Below are positions 59,601-64,000 of a stretch of DNA of 64,000 nt, one piece after another (the first letter of the stretch is position 1; every line of letters begins with the position of its first letter). The stretch is from Trueperaceae bacterium (lineage in GTDB: Bacteria > Deinococcota > Deinococci > Deinococcales > Trueperaceae): the NCBI GenBank assembly GCA_965215565.1, contig CBDCDZ010000004.1:2944001-3008000 (forward strand). Reading direction: 5' to 3'. The notes beneath the pieces are model-generated. The model was not told where the DNA came from, searched no databases, and saw only the letters and a program-made list of their open reading frames with translations. The position numbers and the translations under genes are program-made.

Positions 59601-62600
59601 CTCAACGATGGCTATCTCAGTCACACCTATGAGGACGTGACCGAAGGTGTGAGCTACACCGACTACAGCGTCACTATCGCCGGGCAGACCTTCAAGGCAA
59701 TCCAGAAGGCCGAGCATAGTACTACAGTCGGCAGTACCCAAAAGCGCACGCGTGAGGACGTCTACGCCACTAATGGCTTGCTGCAAAGCAGCACCCTCAA
59801 GTGGGACGGTGAGTGGCGCAAGACCGCCTACACCTACTACGCTTCAGGCGCGCTTGCCCAGCTCGTGCGTCCGAGCAGTGACGGAACAGCCACGCTGTCT
59901 GTTACTCAATATAGCGATCAAGTCAAGAAGGTCGTGACGACGAGTAGCGTGAAGCCGCTCCATAGCGAGTCGGCGGATGAGATCGAGCAGACGTTCGTTT
60001 ATGACCGGCTCGGGCACATCGCCGCCGAGACACTCTCAGGCGTGGTGAGTGAGGTCGACCCCCTGACTTTCGCCGAGCACGCTACCGAGCGCGCCTTTAA
60101 CGGCTTCGGTCAACCTGTTTGGGAGCGGGTCCGCTTAGGCGACGCAGTCGCCAGCGAGCGGGGCTTTGCTTACCACGCTTCGGGCGAACTCCAGAGCGAG
60201 TGGGCAGGCACAAAGCAGAACCTCAGCCTGTATGAGTATCACGCTGATCAGAGCAGCGTAGGACTTTTGAAAGCAATCAAGCGCGGGGTCGCTAGCGTGA
60301 ACGGTGCCCTTACCACCATTCGTCAAGAAGTCGCCTACGGCTACGACGGCTTTCACCGCCTCGCATCTGAGACAAGTAAGGTGGGCGACGAGACCCACAC
60401 CACGAGCTTTGCGTATGACACGCTCGACCGCGTGACCCAGACAACGCTGCCCGACGGCGCAGTGGTCAAAACCTCCTACGACGTTCATGGCGAGGTGGCG
60501 ACGCTCGACGAGCCCTACGTCTTACGCAGCTTCGAGCGCAACGTGATGGGCTACCTCGAGAAGGAGAGCGTCGACGCTAAAGATGGTGAACGCAACGACT
60601 ACATAGTCGAGTACGGTCATGACGCCCTCGGTCGCGTGATCCACATGCTGCCAAGTATCACCGACATCAACCCGAGCGCCAGCGACCGCGCCACGCTCTT
60701 CCGCTACGACAGCGAGGGCAACCTGCGCTGCGAGATCGGTCCGGCGCTGCGCACCGCATCCCACAAACACGCCCTCACCGACGATCGGCGCACCGGTGTG
60801 ACATACACCTACGACGACCTGGGCCGCAAGGTCGAGCAGCGCCAGATGCTCTACGGCGGCGCAGCTAAGGACGGCGGCTGTAACCTAGCCGCCGGGAACC
60901 AAGCAGGTAGCAATCTAGAGCGCGACACCGCGAAGACTACTTACCGCTACGACGGCCTCGGTAACGTAGAGCTTATCGTGGACGCCGAGGGCTACCGCAC
61001 TGAGTCTGCCTACGACGCCGCAGGTCAGGTCTTCCTGTCACGCCGACAGGTCGAGAAAAATAACGATCAATACGCTGAGGTCTGGACTGCCTTCGACGGT
61101 GCTGGCCGACCCATCAAGGTAAAAGACCCCTTGGGCTACACCCGCGAGAGCCATTATGACTCACTCGGCAACGTGCTCGAGGAGGTCAACGAGGCAGGCC
61201 ACCTGGTCAAGCGCTACACCTATACGGCAGACGGACTCCTAGAGACTATCGAAGAGCCCCAGATGACGGACGGCACGCGCGACGACACTCTCTCAATGGT
61301 CGCGACCCAGGTCAACGTCTACGGCCAGCAGCACATGCATCCGACCGCGGTTTACCGCGCCTCGATGGATAAAACCCCGAGTAAGGGCGCGTCGGGTGCG
61401 AGTGGCGGTGTCAGGACGAGCTACGTCTACGACTGGGCTGGTCGCGTGACCGAGACGACTTTGCCAGACGGCGCGACCATCACCCAGAACTACGACCTGC
61501 TCGGCAACGTCACCGAGCTGACGAGCGCCGACGGGTTCACCACCAACTACACCTACGACTACGCGGGTCGCTTGCTGAGCGAGACCAAGCACGCCCGTGA
61601 GGGTAACGCGACGGACGAGGCAGCGGGCCTCGGCGGCGGGCTCACCTCGACTTACACCTACGACACCTTCGGCAACCTCGTCGAAGAGGAGGTGCGGGGG
61701 CTCACCACGACCTACGTCTACAACAGCTTAGGTGAAGTGATAGCCGAATCACGCCCGATGCACGGCGGAGAAAGCGATCTCTACAAGCGCTACGCCTACC
61801 GCTTGGACGGCGCGAAGACCGCTGCCACGAGTTATACTTACGCCGACGACGGGTCGCTCAAAGCGGCTCAGCGCTTCGCCTTGGATAACGGTGTAGGCGG
61901 TCTCACTGCGGGCAGCATCGAGACCTACGGGTTGGACAAGCTAGGCCGCGTGGTAAGCGAACGTACCGAGGGGGTGCGGTCCGAGACTGCCGACGAGGAT
62001 GAGAACGCACCCGACTTCAGTCTCACCGGTAGCGTGCTAGAAAAGCTCGTCACCTACGAGCGCAACGGCTTGGGTCTAGCAACTGCGCGCACCTTGAGCA
62101 ACCAGTCCGCCGCCGATGTCTACGCAGGGTTGCGCGACCCCGAGACGGGCCGCTTCCTCACAATGAGTGGGGGTAGACCGATCGTGGGCTACACCACGCG
62201 CTACGACTACAGCCTGCGCGGGGAGTTGCTCGAGCGGGTCGACGAGATTGCGAACGTCGACGCGGTAGGCAACCCCAGCGGAGGCGTGGAGCAAGCCAAC
62301 CGCTTCACCTACACCTACACATTGACCGGCAAGCAGAAGACCGCCTATCGCGACCTCAGCGTGCGCGTGCTGCGCCTGCAGGGGGAGGACCAGAACTTCG
62401 CGCCGGAGTCCGTTCTGCTAGCCGCGACCCAGGGCACAATTACAAGCAGCTACAACGAGCGCGACCTGCTCAGGCACACCGTGGTCGAGGATCGGGCTAT
62501 AGACGGCAAGGACACGCTCGAGACCACCCCACTCAAGCAGAGCACGACCTATTCCTATTACAAAGACGGCAGTAAGCGCGAGGTCAAGGTCGGCGAGGAC

Positions 62601-64000
62601 ACAGTCACCTATCAGTACGACACGCGCAACCGCGTCGTTTTGGTAAAGGATTCTAACGGAACGACTGCGCCCAGCCGAGCTGGTCACGACGACGCTTCGT
62701 CACAGCGGGTCTTCAAGGGGTCCGGGGCGGCCGAGATAGCGACGGAGTACAATGGCGACGTCGTGACCGAAACAGTCACATGGGATAGCTGCACCTACAC
62801 AGAGACGACTACTTATGCGCTAGAAACCTTCAAGCACATTGAAGAGACGGTCAACACGTGTAATCCGGACAAACCGGAGACTTCCGAAGCGGCAACCTCT
62901 AGCTCGACGACGGTCTATACGCCGGCGGGTCTTGTCGACAAGGTTTACGGTGAGGACAAGTACTACATCAAGCTTCCCTCCAGCGCGACAACCGACTACC
63001 TCTTAGTAACCAACGACTATCAAAACCCGCCCGAAAAGAACCACATGTCGTTGAGTTATAACACCTTCGGCGATGTGGTTGAGCAGGAGCAAGCATCCAC
63101 GTTTTCCCATCCGCCCTACGCTATAGAGTACGAGGTCGACATTCCTTACTATGACGCTGACTGCGATGAAGAAGAGGAAAAGAAGGAAGAGCCCGACTAC
63201 TCTAAGTGCTGGAAGGAACAGTCGGAAACGAGAACGCAGACCATTTCCAATTCAGGCGAAGACAACGTCCGCACAGAGACGTTCGCCTACACAGAAAACG
63301 GCTTTCTACTGTCCGAAGTGGTCGCCAACTCGAACGGTGGTAAGAGTTATACCGAAGGGGAGAAGGAGGTTCACTATAGGCTCGACGCAGTGGGCAACCG
63401 CATCGGAGTGCGCGGCGGTCCCTATGACGGCTACATCAAACGCTACAACGCCGACGGGCAGGTTGCCATGTTCTACCTCTACCAAGACGGCAAGGACGTG
63501 CCCTATAGCAAACGGGGTCAGGGAGCATACAGCGATTTCATCTACGACCCTGCCGGTGAACTGGTTCTCAGCGCAAGCTCGACCATTCATCAGCAAGCGC
63601 AAACGCTATATAACGATCGTCTTAGACGCGACTACAGCAGTACATACACCTCAGAGGGCGACGTGCAACTTCTCCGCAAGCGCTGGGGTTCACAAAAAAT
63701 ATCCAATTTGAACGACGAGGGTTGGGCAGACGAGCGCGAAGTGCGCTGGGACCACACCTTCAGCTTGGCAGATGGCATGTATAGCCAGACCAGATGGAAC
63801 GCCGCCGAACTCTTCGAAGTCACCGCGCCGAGCACGCCGCTAGCCGCACCAACTTCGAGCATCTCCGACCGCTTGGGCGTTGCGCCCGCCGAGGTCGCCG
63901 CGCCGAGTACGGAGTTACCAGACCTCGACACCGGCGACGTGTTAGCGCCGGTGGAAGAAGACGTTCCGACAGACGACGGTACAGTCGTCAACACACAAGC
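56661..64000 (+). CDS. Giant secreted YD/RHS-repeat protein (>2,440 aa, 3' end outside window)
   Basis: Frame from ATG 56661 reads through to the window end (spot-checked; the track lists no stop-terminated ORF in this frame). Signal peptide MNRRLALFLAWLFLFNTLFPTGFAAA, INLANGNV, many YD repeats (YDERGNL, YDRLGHI, YDTLDRV, YDDLGRK, YDWAGRV). Confidence 0.9.
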   Translation, partial: MTMTRATLHPRMNRRLALFLAWLFLFNTLFPTGFAAAQILLTAKPGLGVSRVPLSAMAFDAPGFGDLAEAINLANGNVYVAVDALSNNTQQKDTSDTIGKSGWNFTPRLELEEFRENTPSNLNRLTLTSGDGSISSFERVLPSACSGSYPKFNFNDAPSWIKRYDSSALRCSRKFYRLETKPGLSFAASYIVLKPGTDSIAHFYAADGSRTTFHKDGRFADYTQTPHQQYEGATQNDPEGTSAASPKTEFKYRTCISCNDAYYGRIASVTDAHGRVTKYEWGVRHRAHVLTDVHYLLSDGTSTSSAARSISLEYTGEVPGQVLVSSVTYTTYDGQDGDNEVSRTIRFTYHPDGFLKTTVRPTAGGDLTTEYGYDAYYRVRWVEQTGQPRQEYDYSGTSEDYGGTLVKVTQGEGEGAKYSEYHFDEANKLRKKFVKDSTSNEGVEKGVSQDGTIQGLAWRYAYYDSGNVGLIEEPSGKVTHLIYDERGNLTHEAVYSDRNYFDQVYRKPAALTIERTGNTYGTRDEFSLTVKVERDELEKGITWYLVMDKNGGEKEYLLDRTRSIWSGNEWSGGLIPVDSEVTERGDDYYKVQATFKMTKYGSSFYRVPRPVKLRARSNLDPSEAATVTLTYSPRIREIDLTPKTNFLIVAPDCVRPRSDVYSNPEYQTWRNGRKTTVSTCSSSYSIVKSVDVDVESWVSNPSAYKDVTYSITKYSYKGVSGVSAPTIDAKTGKLSIPWHQKLSDRASGNTPDSITIVAKSKTETWKKSQEVTINLGFFGIRQATQGRGQWDVPNPNDLNYKRQYQFAVELYNSPYKYLRVDWYSPVTSEYAVRGFDHYGEKLPAGCFAMKNAGFLWEAKTVQLKAWVDHPKFEDVSVSGNIRTMARFWGIGGAGSETCGGYKTGNGIANNSSLSPQSYVKPIAPETYDTIEFNADISPDYFRSEELRLSPEPRPNEEYRTSYRYDGDNRLEEATTHAPVGLNDGYLSHTYEDVTEGVSYTDYSVTIAGQTFKAIQKAEHSTTVGSTQKRTREDVYATNGLLQSSTLKWDGEWRKTAYTYYASGALAQLVRPSSDGTATLSVTQYSDQVKKVVTTSSVKPLHSESADEIEQTFVYDRLGHIAAETLSGVVSEVDPLTFAEHATERAFNGFGQPVWERVRLGDAVASERGFAYHASGELQSEWAGTKQNLSLYEYHADQSSVGLLKAIKRGVASVNGALTTIRQEVAYGYDGFHRLASETSKVGDETHTTSFAYDTLDRVTQTTLPDGAVVKTSYDVHGEVATLDEPYVLRSFERNVMGYLEKESVDAKDGERNDYIVEYGHDALGRVIHMLPSITDINPSASDRATLFRYDSEGNLRCEIGPALRTASHKHALTDDRRTGVTYTYDDLGRKVEQRQMLYGGAAKDGGCNLAAGNQAGSNLERDTAKTTYRYDGLGNVELIVDAEGYRTESAYDAAGQVFLSRRQVEKNNDQYAEVWTAFDGAGRPIKVKDPLGYTRESHYDSLGNVLEEVNEAGHLVKRYTYTADGLLETIEEPQMTDGTRDDTLSMVATQVNVYGQQHMHPTAVYRASMDKTPSKGASGASGGVRTSYVYDWAGRVTETTLPDGATITQNYDLLGNVTELTSADGFTTNYTYDYAGRLLSETKHAREGNATDEAAGLGGGLTSTYTYDTFGNLVEEEVRGLTTTYVYNSLGEVIAESRPMHGGESDLYKRYAYRLDGAKTAATSYTYADDGSLKAAQRFALDNGVGGLTAGSIETYGLDKLGRVVSERTEGVRSETADEDENAPDFSLTGSVLEKLVTYERNGLGLATARTLSNQSAADVYAGLRDPETGRFLTMSGGRPIVGYTTRYDYSLRGELLERVDEIANVDAVGNPSGGVEQANRFTYTYTLTGKQKTAYRDLSVRVLRLQGEDQNFAPESVLLAATQGTITSSYNERDLLRHTVVEDRAIDGKDTLETTPLKQSTTYSYYKDGSKREVKVGEDTVTYQYDTRNRVVLVKDSNGTTAPSRAGHDDASSQRVFKGSGAAEIATEYNGDVVTETVTWDSCTYTETTTYALETFKHIEETVNTCNPDKPETSEAATSSSTTVYTPAGLVDKVYGEDKYYIKLPSSATTDYLLVTNDYQNPPEKNHMSLSYNTFGDVVEQEQASTFSHPPYAIEYEVDIPYYDADCDEEEEKKEEPDYSKCWKEQSETRTQTISNSGEDNVRTETFAYTENGFLLSEVVANSNGGKSYTEGEKEVHYRLDAVGNRIGVRGGPYDGYIKRYNADGQVAMFYLYQDGKDVPYSKRGQGAYSDFIYDPAGELVLSASSTIHQQAQTLYNDRLRRDYSSTYTSEGDVQLLRKRWGSQKISNLNDEGWADEREVRWDHTFSLADGMYSQTRWNAAELFEVTAPSTPLAAPTSSISDRLGVAPAEVAAPSTELPDLDTGDVLAPVEEDVPTDDGTVVNTQ

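Larger units (their letters stand above)
34269..64000. mobile_element. Tn7-like transposon / genomic island inserted in comM (distal end outside window)
   Basis: comM breaks at GGCGG|TGTGAACC; three ~20-bp degenerate repeats follow; first gene is TnsE-like; cargo is defence-rich; the rest of comM is not seen. Confidence 0.72.

Noticed and set aside
57063..63994. Short ORFs listed in the track across the last 7 kb
   Set aside because: They are off-frame or antisense shadows of the single giant YD-repeat ORF.

Overview
GC-rich bacterial DNA, probably Deinococcota (Truepera-like). This is an inference from gene content and from many apparently leaderless genes with a TANNNT box 5-7 nt before the start codon. 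1-34.27 kb is chromosomal backbone: gatA, a 6S-like RNA candidate, a small DarB-type ketosynthase/flavin monooxygenase cluster, a sugar-binding protein, a MacAB-TolC-Yip1 operon, tandem YihY genes, a YsnF/YqaE stress cluster with a PAS-LuxR regulator, and DegV. At least 7 copies of a small TA-bounded palindromic repeat are scattered through it. At 34269 comM (YifB) is cut by an insertion that starts with TGT, followed by three ~20-bp degenerate repeats and a TnsE-like gene, i.e. a probable Tn7-like element. The rest of comM does not reappear, so the insertion is probably more than 29.7 kb long. Its apparent cargo is: a Fic protein with a triple palindromic operator, XRE regulators, a HEPN-motif protein, a ComEC-like MBL nuclease lipoprotein, a coupled UvrD-nuclease/type III Mod/Res/extra-nuclease operon, a RosmerTA-like pair, several lipoproteins, and a >2,400-aa secreted YD-repeat protein that is missing from the ORF track because it runs off the window. 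All calls were made by eye; no searches were run.
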